From a virus (lineage: Duplodnaviria > Caudoviricetes): a DNA stretch of 56,211 bases. Of the stretch, positions 38,290 to 47,242 are shown piece after piece. A model generated the notes under the pieces. The model worked only from the letters and a program-made list of their open reading frames with translations. It was not told the DNA's origin and made no database searches. Positions within the stretch are counted from its first letter, which is position 1. Each line of letters opens with the position of its first letter. The stretch is from IMG/VR virus record IMGVR_UViG_3300030101_003189, positions 1 to 56,211 of that record; one strand, 5' to 3'. The position numbers and the translations under genes are program-made.

Positions 38290-40506
38290 ATGTATACTGA
38301 TCCAGATGCCATGCATGAGCTTGACGGTTTAGCTGCTTTTGACAAAGAAGGCAAGCCGATGAAAAGCCGTATTAAAGATGTAAAAAGTGCCTTAAAAATA
38401 TTTCAAGGACTTCGCAAAGCTGATGAGCAATCGTCTGTAAACAGAGCCAGAGTAGATGCGATGTTTGATGGAGCTAATCCCTACAATCAAGCGCAACTGA
38501 ATGCGAGCGGTCAGGGTCTTAAAACTAATTTGAATTTCGGAGAGGCTCAACGTCTTTTGGATATATCGCTATCTGCCTACGTAGACCTTTACTCTTCACT
38601 AGAAAAACTAGTGGAGGTAAAGGGTACGCAGGGAGAGCCTAGCGAGATTACTCAACAGGAGGATATTGTTTCTGAGGAGATAACTCATTTGTTGCGTAGT
38701 TGGCCTGATTTTCATTCTCACTACCTTCGTCTTTGTACGACGTTCATTAAACATGGTACAGGGATCACTTACTTTGATACCCCTGATGATTGGAAGTTTA
38801 GAGTAGGTAGTTTTGCAGATTTTTTGATTCCGAGGCAAACGCCCGCATCTGAGTCGGCTATTGATGTAGCGATTGGACGTAGGCAGTATCACATACATGA
38901 GTTATTTAATTTCATAAAAAATCCAGAAGCAGCTAGTAAAGTGGGTTGGAATGTTGAAGAGGTAAGGAAAGTTCTTTTGAAACATGTTACTACAAGCGGG
39001 CGTAGGAATCACAAAAACATTTATGATGATTGGGAGTCTTTACAATCTGAGTTAAAAAACAACGACATACATGAGGGGTATCAAAACCCTACGGTATCTG
39101 TGTTACATTTTTGGGTACGTGAATTAGATGGTAGTATTTCTCATTACATATCTACTGAAAAAGATTGTGAATATTTTTTATATAAAAAGCTTTCCCGCTA
39201 CGAAAAGCCAGAGCATGCGTATGTTATGTTTACGTATGGTGTAGGCTCGAATGGAACATATCATTCGGTGCGGGGGTTGGGGCATCGTATCTTTAACCAC
39301 ATTCAGACAAGCAACCGATTGCGTTGCCAGATGATTGACGGTGCGATGTTAGGATCGGCAGTTATGATTCAACCCGAAAACCAGAGGGCGTTAGATGAAT
39401 TAGGGTTTACGTATTATGGAGCATATGCCGTCCTATCCCCCAACGTTAATATTATTGAGAAGGCAGCACCTAACTTGAGTACTGGTGTGCAGCCAGCACT
39501 GAACGACATATCAAATCAGTTAGCTTTGAATACTGATACTATAAGTACATATGGGCCTAATCAGAGTTCACCGTACAAGAATCAGATGCAAGTGGTTGCT
39601 GACATGGATGTGCAGACTAGGTTGTCTGGTGCATCCTTAAACCTGTTTTATGCATCATGGAACAGGTTACTTAAAGAGATTGTTAGGAGGATAGTAAACG
39701 GCAAGAAAGACAAGGAGCTTAACGAGTTTTATAGTAGGTGTGCAGACCGAGGGGTACAGGAATCATTTATCAAGACACTGGATTTGGCTAGAACAAAAGC
39801 CGTCCGATCTATTGGCAATGGCTCGTATGCGAATAGATTGGTTGCCCTTCGGGAGTTACAAGCTATATCAGGTTCGTTTGATGAGGTTGGTCGAAAGAAC
39901 CTTACTCGTGATATAGTTTCTACTCGTGTCGGGCATGATTTAGCTGACAGGTATGCTCCTGTGGTAGAGGGTGCTCGCCCAACTGTTGATGGTAAGATAG
40001 CTTATCTTGAGAACCAACAGTTATCAGAAGGCATTTCTGTTCCTGTGGTTTCGACTGAATTACACGCAGCTCATTTAGCAGAGCATATTCCAGCTTTGAC
40101 AGGGTTAATTGAGCGTTTGAATACAGGTCAGGCAGATCCGTTGCAGGTTTTACCTGCCTTACAAGCATTTTATGAACACATTGCAATGACTGCGGAGCAG
40201 TTAGCAGGTGATCCTATGCAAGAGGGTTTGGTTGGTCAGGCTAAACAAGCCCTTCAATTTGCAGAGGAGATGATAAATAACACCTCAAAACAAGTACAAA
40301 AGATGCAGCGTGAGGCTGCTGAAGCGGGTGGTACACCTGAAGGCGGTGAAGATCCTGCAATGACTGCTAAAATGCAAGAGCATCAGATGAAATTGCAGAT
40401 GGCACAACAAAAAGCTGAACTTGACATGCAGTTAAAACAAGCCAAGTTTGAGCAAGAGCAAGCATTGCGTGATGCTAAGACTGCAATGGACTTGCAAAAA
40501 CAATAA
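38290..40506 (+). CDS. Portal (head-tail connector) protein
   Basis: 738 aa, first gene of the head module, FIKHGTG and RGLG motifs, Gln-rich C-terminal coiled coil as in podovirus portals. Confidence 0.75.
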   Translation: MYTDPDAMHELDGLAAFDKEGKPMKSRIKDVKSALKIFQGLRKADEQSSVNRARVDAMFDGANPYNQAQLNASGQGLKTNLNFGEAQRLLDISLSAYVDLYSSLEKLVEVKGTQGEPSEITQQEDIVSEEITHLLRSWPDFHSHYLRLCTTFIKHGTGITYFDTPDDWKFRVGSFADFLIPRQTPASESAIDVAIGRRQYHIHELFNFIKNPEAASKVGWNVEEVRKVLLKHVTTSGRRNHKNIYDDWESLQSELKNNDIHEGYQNPTVSVLHFWVRELDGSISHYISTEKDCEYFLYKKLSRYEKPEHAYVMFTYGVGSNGTYHSVRGLGHRIFNHIQTSNRLRCQMIDGAMLGSAVMIQPENQRALDELGFTYYGAYAVLSPNVNIIEKAAPNLSTGVQPALNDISNQLALNTDTISTYGPNQSSPYKNQMQVVADMDVQTRLSGASLNLFYASWNRLLKEIVRRIVNGKKDKELNEFYSRCADRGVQESFIKTLDLARTKAVRSIGNGSYANRLVALRELQAISGSFDEVGRKNLTRDIVSTRVGHDLADRYAPVVEGARPTVDGKIAYLENQQLSEGISVPVVSTELHAAHLAEHIPALTGLIERLNTGQADPLQVLPALQAFYEHIAMTAEQLAGDPMQEGLVGQAKQALQFAEEMINNTSKQVQKMQREAAEAGGTPEGGEDPAMTAKMQEHQMKLQMAQQKAELDMQLKQAKFEQEQALRDAKTAMDLQKQ

Positions 40507-40514
40507 TTTTATAG

Positions 40515-40823
40515 ATGCCAAAAAAAGTTGCCTTACCTATTCCAATAGATAGGTGGTTCAAAGATGTTAAACGAATTGAGGAATTACGAGCGGTCTTGGA
40601 TTCTGAGGCTTTCCAAACGGCAGTCGCAATTCTCAAAGACACAGCAGGACCAACTTTCGGATCAGTTGCTGGAGACGAGAAGATTAACAGCAACCGTCAC
40701 GCATGGTACGCAGGATATCGTGATGCTTTCAGTGATTTACATAAACTAACTAAATTAAAAGGGGATAACCAAACAAACGTAACACCTGAAGAATGGAATC
40801 ACATACAGACACCGCAACAGTAG
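40515..40823 (+). CDS. Small head-module protein
   Basis: 102 aa between portal and scaffold. Confidence 0.6.
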   Translation: MPKKVALPIPIDRWFKDVKRIEELRAVLDSEAFQTAVAILKDTAGPTFGSVAGDEKINSNRHAWYAGYRDAFSDLHKLTKLKGDNQTNVTPEEWNHIQTPQQ

Positions 40824-41989
40824 AAGCACCAGTAGCCGAATCAACAGAGGCTGTTGAAAGTTTACCACAAGAAACTACTCAAGATAGTTTCCTTGATGCT
40901 TTGGATTCTGCTTTAAGTAACATTACTGAGTCACCTTTAGAAAATGTTGAAATAGAAGAACCAAAAGAAGAAGCAAGTCCAGAACCAGAAGCCACTGAAG
41001 AAGCCACTGAAGAATCTGCTGATAAAAAAGAGAGTACAGAAAAACCAAACACTGACGAGCCGTTAGAAGCTTTATCTGAAGATATTGGAGATGAGTGGAC
41101 ACCTAAAGCAGCTAACAGGTTTAAACAATTAAAAGACGAACTTAAAACTAACCGATCAGAACTTGATACTCTTAGACAAACTGTAAAAGAACAAGCGTCT
41201 AAAATGGAAGAGCTTAACGCTATGGCAGAAAGCCGTGACGTTGATGCATTGAAAGAAACTTTACAGCAGTACGAGATTGAAAAGTCTTTTAGTGATTTAG
41301 AAAATACAAATCAATATCAAGAAGCTGTTAGTGAACCTTTAAATAGGTTAATGGATAAAGCTTCTGTTATAGCAGATAAGTATGACGTTGATTACGACAG
41401 CTTAGTTGATATTATTGCTTTAGATGATTCTGAAGAACAAGACCTTAAACTAGGTGAGTTATTGCCTGATGCTTCTGATAGAGATAAGTCATCAATTTAC
41501 AGGATTATTGAAGATATAGACCCTATCATGGATAGGCGTAATCAGTTGTTTGAAAATGCCGATGCTGCGTTACAAGAAGCTCAGTATTTAGAAGAACAGA
41601 AGCAACAAGCTGAATTAGCTGAAAAAGTTGAAATCCGTAAAGCAATTACTCGCAATGTAGTAAAAAGAGTCGGTGAAAAACTACCTTTTCTTTCTGGAGT
41701 AGAAGGTTTAGACATGGCTTCTATAGAAGCAAAAGCTTCAGATCTTGATCCATCAGTGGTTCACCCTGTAGATTTTGCTTATAATTCTGTAGCATCTCAA
41801 ATTTTACCTACAATAGTTCGTGAATACCTATCCTCTCGTGCTGAAGCTGAAGTTCTTATGAATAAATTAGCTGAGTACGAAGACGCAGAGCCTACAATAT
41901 CAGGCTCTCCGAAAACGGATAGCCCCTCTAGTAGACCATCAGATTTATCATTTGAAGAGGCTATTAGTGCAGCCTTGAGTGGGACGTAA
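40793..41989 (+). CDS. Capsid scaffolding protein
   Basis: Very acidic, disordered N-terminus, AANRFKQL coiled coil, short C-terminal helix; between portal and capsid. Confidence 0.7.
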   Translation: MESHTDTATVEAPVAESTEAVESLPQETTQDSFLDALDSALSNITESPLENVEIEEPKEEASPEPEATEEATEESADKKESTEKPNTDEPLEALSEDIGDEWTPKAANRFKQLKDELKTNRSELDTLRQTVKEQASKMEELNAMAESRDVDALKETLQQYEIEKSFSDLENTNQYQEAVSEPLNRLMDKASVIADKYDVDYDSLVDIIALDDSEEQDLKLGELLPDASDRDKSSIYRIIEDIDPIMDRRNQLFENADAALQEAQYLEEQKQQAELAEKVEIRKAITRNVVKRVGEKLPFLSGVEGLDMASIEAKASDLDPSVVHPVDFAYNSVASQILPTIVREYLSSRAEAEVLMNKLAEYEDAEPTISGSPKTDSPSSRPSDLSFEEAISAALSGT

Positions 41990-42003
41990 AAGTAGTTTAT
42001 ACT
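41975..42003 (+). promoter_or_regulatory. Sigma70-like leaderless promoter
   Basis: TTGAGT-N17-TATACT-N5-ATG(42009). Confidence 0.6.
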
Positions 42004-42008
42004 AGCAT

Positions 42009-42302
42009 ATGGCTAGGGCAAAATTCAAACGATTACCTTCAGGAAAGATCCTATGGAGAGGTGAGCAGTTTGCTGGTTTTAATAAACCGAAGAAAGCTCC
42101 TGCGGGAAGTAAAAAGAAGTTTATTGTTCTTGGCAAGCAGGGAGACAAGATTAAAAAAGTAGGGTTTGGTCATAGAGACTATCAAGATTTTAGGCAACAT
42201 AAAGACCCTAAGAGACGTAAAAATTTTAGGGCAAGACATAATTGTCAAACCGCAAAAGATAAAACAACCGCTCGTTATTGGGCATGTAGAAAACTTTGGT
42301 AA
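42009..42302 (+). CDS. Small basic conserved phage protein
   Basis: FG...HKDPKRRKNFRARHNC...ARYW motif seen commonly in aquatic phages. Confidence 0.75.
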   Translation: MARAKFKRLPSGKILWRGEQFAGFNKPKKAPAGSKKKFIVLGKQGDKIKKVGFGHRDYQDFRQHKDPKRRKNFRARHNCQTAKDKTTARYWACRKLW

Positions 42303-42481
42303 TGGCTAAGAAAAAATCAACAGTTAACAAAGCAGGTAATTATACAAAGCCTACGATGCGTAAGCGATTGTTCCGTCAGATTATGGCAGGTACTAAGGGG
42401 GGCAGAGCAGGTCAGTGGTCTGCACGTAAAGCTCAGTTACTTGCTATGATGTACAAAAAAAGAGGTGGGGGTTATAAGTAA
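42302..42481 (+). CDS. Small basic protein (DUF5872-like, N-terminal part)
   Basis: NYTKP..RKRL...AGTKGGRAGQWSARKAQLLA..YK..GGGY. Confidence 0.7.
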   Translation: MAKKKSTVNKAGNYTKPTMRKRLFRQIMAGTKGGRAGQWSARKAQLLAMMYKKRGGGYK

Positions 42482-42759
42482 TGGCTTTGAAAAAGTCACA
42501 GAAGTCCTTAAAAGACTGGACTAAACAAAAGTGGCGTACTAAATCTGGTAAGAAGTCTTCTGAAACAGGGGAGCGTTACTTACCTGAAAGAGCTATTAAG
42601 ATGTTATCTTCTGCAAAATATGCAGCGGGTACTCGTAGGAAAAGAAAAGCTACAGCGGAGGGAAAACAAAACGCTAAATATACAGAAGCGGAGAGGAAAG
42701 CATTTATCAGAGCAACTGGTAGAAAATACAAACCAAAAAAGAAAAAAAGTAAAAAATGA
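42481..42759 (+). CDS. Small basic protein (DUF5872-like, C-terminal part)
   Basis: SQKSLKDWTKQKWRTKSG...ERYLP motif. Confidence 0.7.
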   Translation: MALKKSQKSLKDWTKQKWRTKSGKKSSETGERYLPERAIKMLSSAKYAAGTRRKRKATAEGKQNAKYTEAERKAFIRATGRKYKPKKKKSKK

Positions 42760-43007
42760 AAGGTGTACCACACTATTTAAAAGACGGAACTCTTTATGAA
42801 GGTAAATCTCACAAAATGCCTAATGGAGAAGTTCACACAGGAGAATCTCATAACAAAGACAGCGAAAAATTATTCCATTTCGATGAACTTAGTGGTGAAT
42901 CAAAAAAGAAAGCAAAAAAAGAAAAAGGGTCCGATGAAAATAAAAAAGGTTCCGCAGTTGTTATCTCTTTTATGGACGCTGTAGAAAAAGGTATAAAGGA
43001 AAAATAG
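42756..43007 (+). CDS. His-containing small phage protein
   Basis: HY..DG..Y.G..HKMPNG..HTG..H motif. Confidence 0.7.
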   Translation: MKGVPHYLKDGTLYEGKSHKMPNGEVHTGESHNKDSEKLFHFDELSGESKKKAKKEKGSDENKKGSAVVISFMDAVEKGIKEK

Positions 43008-43023
43008 GAGTAGTAGAGAATTA

Positions 43024-43212
43024 TTAATCCTCTACTACATCAAGACCAACACAAATTTTAGGTGGCAGTGGTGTAACCTGTGTTTCAAGATTAACCCTTA
43101 CTGCTGGGTCTGTGAATGGAATTGGTAGACCTACTTTAGCGTTGGTTGTGTCACAAGCTACGTTGGCGAGTGCTACAAAAGCTAGACCGAGTAATACAAT
43201 TATTTTCTTCAT
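43024..43212 (-). CDS. Small antisense lipoprotein
   Basis: MKKIIVLLGLAFVALANVA-C lipobox; own promoter TGGAAA-N17-TAGATT-N5-ATG at 43218-43246. Confidence 0.7.
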   Translation of the reverse strand: MKKIIVLLGLAFVALANVACDTTNAKVGLPIPFTDPAVRVNLETQVTPLPPKICVGLDVVED

Positions 43213-43280
43213 ATGTTAATCTAAGCATGGAGTCTAAAAATTTCCACTGTAAAAAATTCAAATGAAGTATATATTTTATA

Positions 43281-43553
43281 ATGCCCAATTACAAAAAAAG
43301 TAAAAAACAATTTTTACAATCTTATAAGGGTAAGGGTATGGGTGGTAGTTCTGAAACTCCAGCCCCTAGGGCTTTACCTGTAGAGACAAAGAAAAAAGCA
43401 CCTAAAGCTGAGAAGGTAGGTGGGCAAACTCTTCCTGATGAAGAAATAGAAAAGTTTCACAAAAACCTAAATAAGTTTAAACAAAGAAATTTTGAACGTG
43501 AACAAAAAAAGAAAAAAGAAGCTATAGAGTTTTATAAAAGTTTAAGAACATAA
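43281..43553 (+). CDS. Small basic hypothetical protein
   Basis: 90 aa, Lys-rich. Confidence 0.6.
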   Translation: MPNYKKSKKQFLQSYKGKGMGGSSETPAPRALPVETKKKAPKAEKVGGQTLPDEEIEKFHKNLNKFKQRNFEREQKKKKEAIEFYKSLRT

Positions 43554-43556
43554 GAT

Positions 43557-43679
43557 ATGAAAATGACAAAAAAAGAATTCATAAAGTCGCACAGCAACAC
43601 CAAACAGGCTAATAATAAGCAAAAGAAGAAAAAAAGTAAGCGTCAATCTAATAATAGCTCTTACGGAAGTACTTATTAA
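43557..43679 (+). CDS. 40-aa basic peptide, not in the ORF track
   Basis: MKMTKKEFIKSHSNTKQANNKQKKKKSKRQSNNSSYGSTY, starting 3 nt after the previous stop. Confidence 0.45.
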   Translation: MKMTKKEFIKSHSNTKQANNKQKKKKSKRQSNNSSYGSTY

Positions 43680-43749
43680 ATAGCTTCATAAAATACCCTG
43701 TTGCATATATAAAAAATAAGATTATTTTATATATGTTAACAACTCATAC

Positions 43750-43851
43750 GGTTGCTCTAGCCATAAATAGTTCTAGTGGGAAGTTATCAATGGGCTGTGT
43801 TCCGTTCCATACTCAATCTACTTGGTTGCTCTAGCCATAAATAGTTCTAGT
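43750..43851 (+). repeat. Perfect 28-bp direct repeat in the capsid gene leader
   Basis: GGTTGCTCTAGCCATAAATAGTTCTAGT at 43750-43777 and 43824-43851, separated by 46 nt. Confidence 0.95.
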
Positions 43852-43944
43852 TCAGTAGATTCCAATAACTTTATTTAGATCGTCTCCAGAACGAAACAGG
43901 AGAGGTCTGTACTACTATAACTTAACAATTAGAAAACAAATAAA

Positions 43945-45318
43945 ATGGCCTTTGGACCTCCAAGCACTCTGTCAGCCCCCGCATCAGGATCGGCTGCGGA
44001 TCAAACTATTAACACAATATTGACCCAAGAAGCGGGTAGAATTGGTGCTGATATACATAAAGCAACTCTTCACACCAGCCCTTGGATTGATCTTATTAAA
44101 CAATCTACATTCCCAGAAGGAATGGGTTATACACTCAACACTTTGATTTATGACCGTGCTCTCCCCGTGTCTCCTCTCGACGCAGATCTTGATGAATCTG
44201 CTGCTCTTGTAGGTACTAACTGGAGTGCTCTAGGTACTACACAAGGATCAGCTTCTGCTGGTTTTATTGCTAACACAACTGAGTCTACTACAGCAGCACC
44301 AACAGGTGGGGATAATGTTAACCACATTGACTTCTCTAAAGTGCTTAAAACTTACAGCCTTAGTAGAGCTGTCATTGAATCTCCACATATCAATGTAGAA
44401 GAGCTTCGTTATGCAGCCCACCGCACAGAGCAACTCCGTGCGATTATGGATTTGCTTAAAGAGTCCACTCGTTCTTCTTGGGAGAATCGTTATCGTCAAC
44501 AGTACGATAAGGTATGTAACAATGTTGTTTACGCTAAAACTGCTTCTTCTATCTTTGCTAGTGGTGCTGAAGGTAAAGCAACACACTCTACTGACTCATC
44601 TGAGCTTTTAGATGTAGATGCTGCTACTACTGCTGGTGGTGATGGTGGAACAAGTGATAATGTTGTAGATGCAACTGCAAACATCTCTAACGCTCTTTTG
44701 GATAAGATTTACTTCCAACTTGTGCGTAAAGGTGCTGGAAACAATGCACATGGAGTTGAGAATGGTAGGCCAGTATTTACATTGGTTTGCTCATCAGAAG
44801 CATCTTATCAGTTGATGACTGAGTCTGGATTCCGTGATGATGTACGTTACAACAATTCTAGAGTGAGTGAGCTTATTGCTCCTTTAGGTGTTGAGAAGTC
44901 TTTCAGAGGTTTCTATCACTTGATTGACGACATGCTTCCACGTTTTAACGCTGCTCTAACTGGTGGAAACGACAACCTTGTTGAAGTACCTGTCTACGAC
45001 GTAGACCACTCAAACAAGAAAGTTGTAATGAACGCAGCTTATGATAGTGCTGCTATCGAAGTAGCCTACATATTACACGAAAGTGTAATGGAGTCCTTGA
45101 TTCCTGCGCCTGTCACTAATGTAAGTGGTCTTTCATTTGATCCAGTCAGCTATAAAGGTGACTTCAAGTGGACTAACATTCCTGATATCGTGCGTAACCC
45201 AGATGGAAACATTGGTTTCTTCAGGGGTATCATGGCTTCAGCTTCCAAGCCTATTAAGACAGACTTTGGTTATGTGATTCTCTTCAAGAGAGATTCCGCT
45301 ACACCTGCTGCTGTTTAA
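43945..45318 (+). CDS. Major capsid protein
   Basis: 457 aa downstream of portal and scaffold; strong codon bias, A-rich leader, strong terminator after it. Confidence 0.8.
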   Translation: MAFGPPSTLSAPASGSAADQTINTILTQEAGRIGADIHKATLHTSPWIDLIKQSTFPEGMGYTLNTLIYDRALPVSPLDADLDESAALVGTNWSALGTTQGSASAGFIANTTESTTAAPTGGDNVNHIDFSKVLKTYSLSRAVIESPHINVEELRYAAHRTEQLRAIMDLLKESTRSSWENRYRQQYDKVCNNVVYAKTASSIFASGAEGKATHSTDSSELLDVDAATTAGGDGGTSDNVVDATANISNALLDKIYFQLVRKGAGNNAHGVENGRPVFTLVCSSEASYQLMTESGFRDDVRYNNSRVSELIAPLGVEKSFRGFYHLIDDMLPRFNAALTGGNDNLVEVPVYDVDHSNKKVVMNAAYDSAAIEVAYILHESVMESLIPAPVTNVSGLSFDPVSYKGDFKWTNIPDIVRNPDGNIGFFRGIMASASKPIKTDFGYVILFKRDSATPAAV

Positions 45319-45362
45319 TTTAATGCGGGGTTCTTAAAAGGAACCTTACATAAATACTTCAC

Positions 45363-45408
45363 AATAACCTCGATCCTCTTGCAAAAATGGGGATCGGGGT
45401 TATTTTTT
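45363..45408 (+). terminator. Rho-independent terminator after the capsid gene
   Basis: AATAACCTCGATCCTC / GGGGATCGGGGTTATT stem with G-U pairs, followed by a T-run. Confidence 0.8.
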
Positions 45409-45424
45409 ATAAACAATTAATATT

Positions 45425-45793
45425 ATGGCAGAAGTAGCAGAACAACCAATGGAATCAGTCGAAGAGCCTAGTACAGACGCTATGCTTGACGAACTTGTAA
45501 GTGTTTTACCAGAAGAAGGAGATGATCTTTCTGTAGAGGACATGGAACAAATGGTAGAAGAAGAAGAAGAGCAGCCTGAAGAAGTAGCAGCTCCTAGTGA
45601 AGAAATTTTTATGGATTTGTTTGAAACTATCTATGGGGAACCTGTAGATGATTCAGAAGAAGCTCAAGATCAAATGCAAGATATACAAGAGTTAGTCATG
45701 GCGATGCCTGAGTTAGCTGCTGCATTATCTTCAGGAGATATGAGTCCCTCTGAAGCTGCCTTGATGATATTTAGAGAAGCTTCCTCTATGTAA
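45425..45793 (+). CDS. Extremely acidic hypothetical protein
   Basis: 122 aa, Glu/Asp-rich, no Lys. Confidence 0.7.
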   Translation: MAEVAEQPMESVEEPSTDAMLDELVSVLPEEGDDLSVEDMEQMVEEEEEQPEEVAAPSEEIFMDLFETIYGEPVDDSEEAQDQMQDIQELVMAMPELAAALSSGDMSPSEAALMIFREASSM

Positions 45794-45796
45794 GGG

Positions 45797-46504
45797 TTAT
45801 TCTTTCCCTACCAAAGTTTCAATTAAAGCTCCACTGAATAATCTTGAACCACAATGAGTAAGCTTTGCGTGGGCATCACAATATATTTTACCACCTATTT
45901 TTGTCCATAGGTTACAGAAAGCTAAGTCTTCACCTACACCTGAGTGTCCATTTTCTGAAGTGCTACAATCAAAGTATGTGTAGTAGTTTGGTTCTTCTGT
46001 CACTACCCCTTCAATAAGGTGGCGTATAAAAACTTTTTTCTCAGGATAGGCTTCGTGTAGTTTTTCAAAAACTTTTCTATCTATCATCATAAAACCTGCT
46101 GGCCCTGCTTCTATCTCTATAAAACCTTGTTCATCTACGGCTATGTTGCTTGGATCTTTATAGTGAACAACAAAATTATTATTTTCTTCACCTGAATAAG
46201 TTTTAACTACATAAGGAGCTAGAACTACATCTTCATTTTTTCTTAAAAGCCTCCAAATGTTTTCGGGTTCAAATCCTATATCGGAGTCTATAAATAGAAG
46301 TTTTGTACAATCCGTCTTTAAAAATTCAAGAACACAATTATTTCTAGCGTGTGTAACTAGGGAAGATCCAGAGTGTAAGTGTAAAGATGTTTCATATTCT
46401 AGATCTTCTGGGGATGCACTAGCAACAAAGTTAATCAAACCGTGCATATAATCTATAAAGGCTTGATATCCGTATGTTGGAGTCGCTATAAATAATTTTT
46501 CCAT
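45797..46504 (-). CDS. GT-A fold glycosyltransferase (antisense moron)
   Basis: IATP, ARN, LLFIDSD (DxD), GFMMI, GEDLAFC, LTH.G motifs; likely start MEKLF at 46504. Confidence 0.8.
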   Translation of the reverse strand: MEKLFIATPTYGYQAFIDYMHGLINFVASASPEDLEYETSLHLHSGSSLVTHARNNCVLEFLKTDCTKLLFIDSDIGFEPENIWRLLRKNEDVVLAPYVVKTYSGEENNNFVVHYKDPSNIAVDEQGFIEIEAGPAGFMMIDRKVFEKLHEAYPEKKVFIRHLIEGVVTEEPNYYTYFDCSTSENGHSGVGEDLAFCNLWTKIGGKIYCDAHAKLTHCGSRLFSGALIETLVGKE

Positions 46505-46570
46505 ATCTGATATTCGGTTTATATAGTGATAAGTCAATTAATTTTCACAAGTACTGTGGGGGTGGGGAGC

Positions 46571-46599
46571 TTGCTATTTGCTTGCTTTAGACCTATAAT
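46571..46599 (+). promoter_or_regulatory. Sigma70-like leaderless promoter of the tail module
   Basis: TTGCTA-N17-TATAAT-N5-ATG(46605). Confidence 0.7.
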
Positions 46600-46604
46600 T
46601 AAGG

Positions 46605-47234
46605 ATGCCAACTTCAATATCAGGAAATGTTAGGCTGGTGTATGGTAATCATGTACATAGTGAGACATATAGCACATCAGCCTCCGCATATAGTAATACA
46701 AACCCATTTAATGAGTATGCATCAGGAGGGGCTAGGGCTTTGGTTGCAGGTGGTGCTATAGATGTAGGTACTCTCGTTGTTTCAGGATCTGATCCCCAGC
46801 ATGAGGGGTTATTAATTATTAAGAACACAAATACTGTTGGTAGTCTTTCTGTCAGTGTTGATGGGGGGACTGCTTATGATATTAGTATACCAGCAGGATT
46901 AGTTAACTTAATCTCTGTTGGTCCTGATCATCCAGTCCATGTTAAATGCCCGACGGCTACTAACAATGGTTTGGGTGTTGCTTCTGTAACAAGCGCAGGA
47001 GTTATTACTTTTGATGGAAGTGCTGGTGCTGTTGGAACTGCTATAATGGAAGGCAAAACTAATGTAAACAGCAACACCAATAAATATATAGTTCAAATTT
47101 CTACACAAGGAACTGGAACAGTATACGAACTAGATGGAGTTACTAAAAAAGATTTAACAAGTGATTATGGGGCTTCGTCCACAGTAGATTTAGTGTATTT
47201 CACTGGATATCGTTATACACTAACTGAAGCTTAA
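46605..47234 (+). CDS. Virion structural protein (beta-rich)
   Basis: 209 aa, Gly/Ser/Thr/Val-rich, in the late module. Confidence 0.55.
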   Translation: MPTSISGNVRLVYGNHVHSETYSTSASAYSNTNPFNEYASGGARALVAGGAIDVGTLVVSGSDPQHEGLLIIKNTNTVGSLSVSVDGGTAYDISIPAGLVNLISVGPDHPVHVKCPTATNNGLGVASVTSAGVITFDGSAGAVGTAIMEGKTNVNSNTNKYIVQISTQGTGTVYELDGVTKKDLTSDYGASSTVDLVYFTGYRYTLTEA

Positions 47235-47242
47235 TAAGAAAA

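Noticed and set aside
43750-43851. Bona fide CRISPR array
   Set aside because: Only two repeats, no cas genes in the window, and the spacer base-pairs with flanking sequence. Kept only as a weak alternative in the findings.
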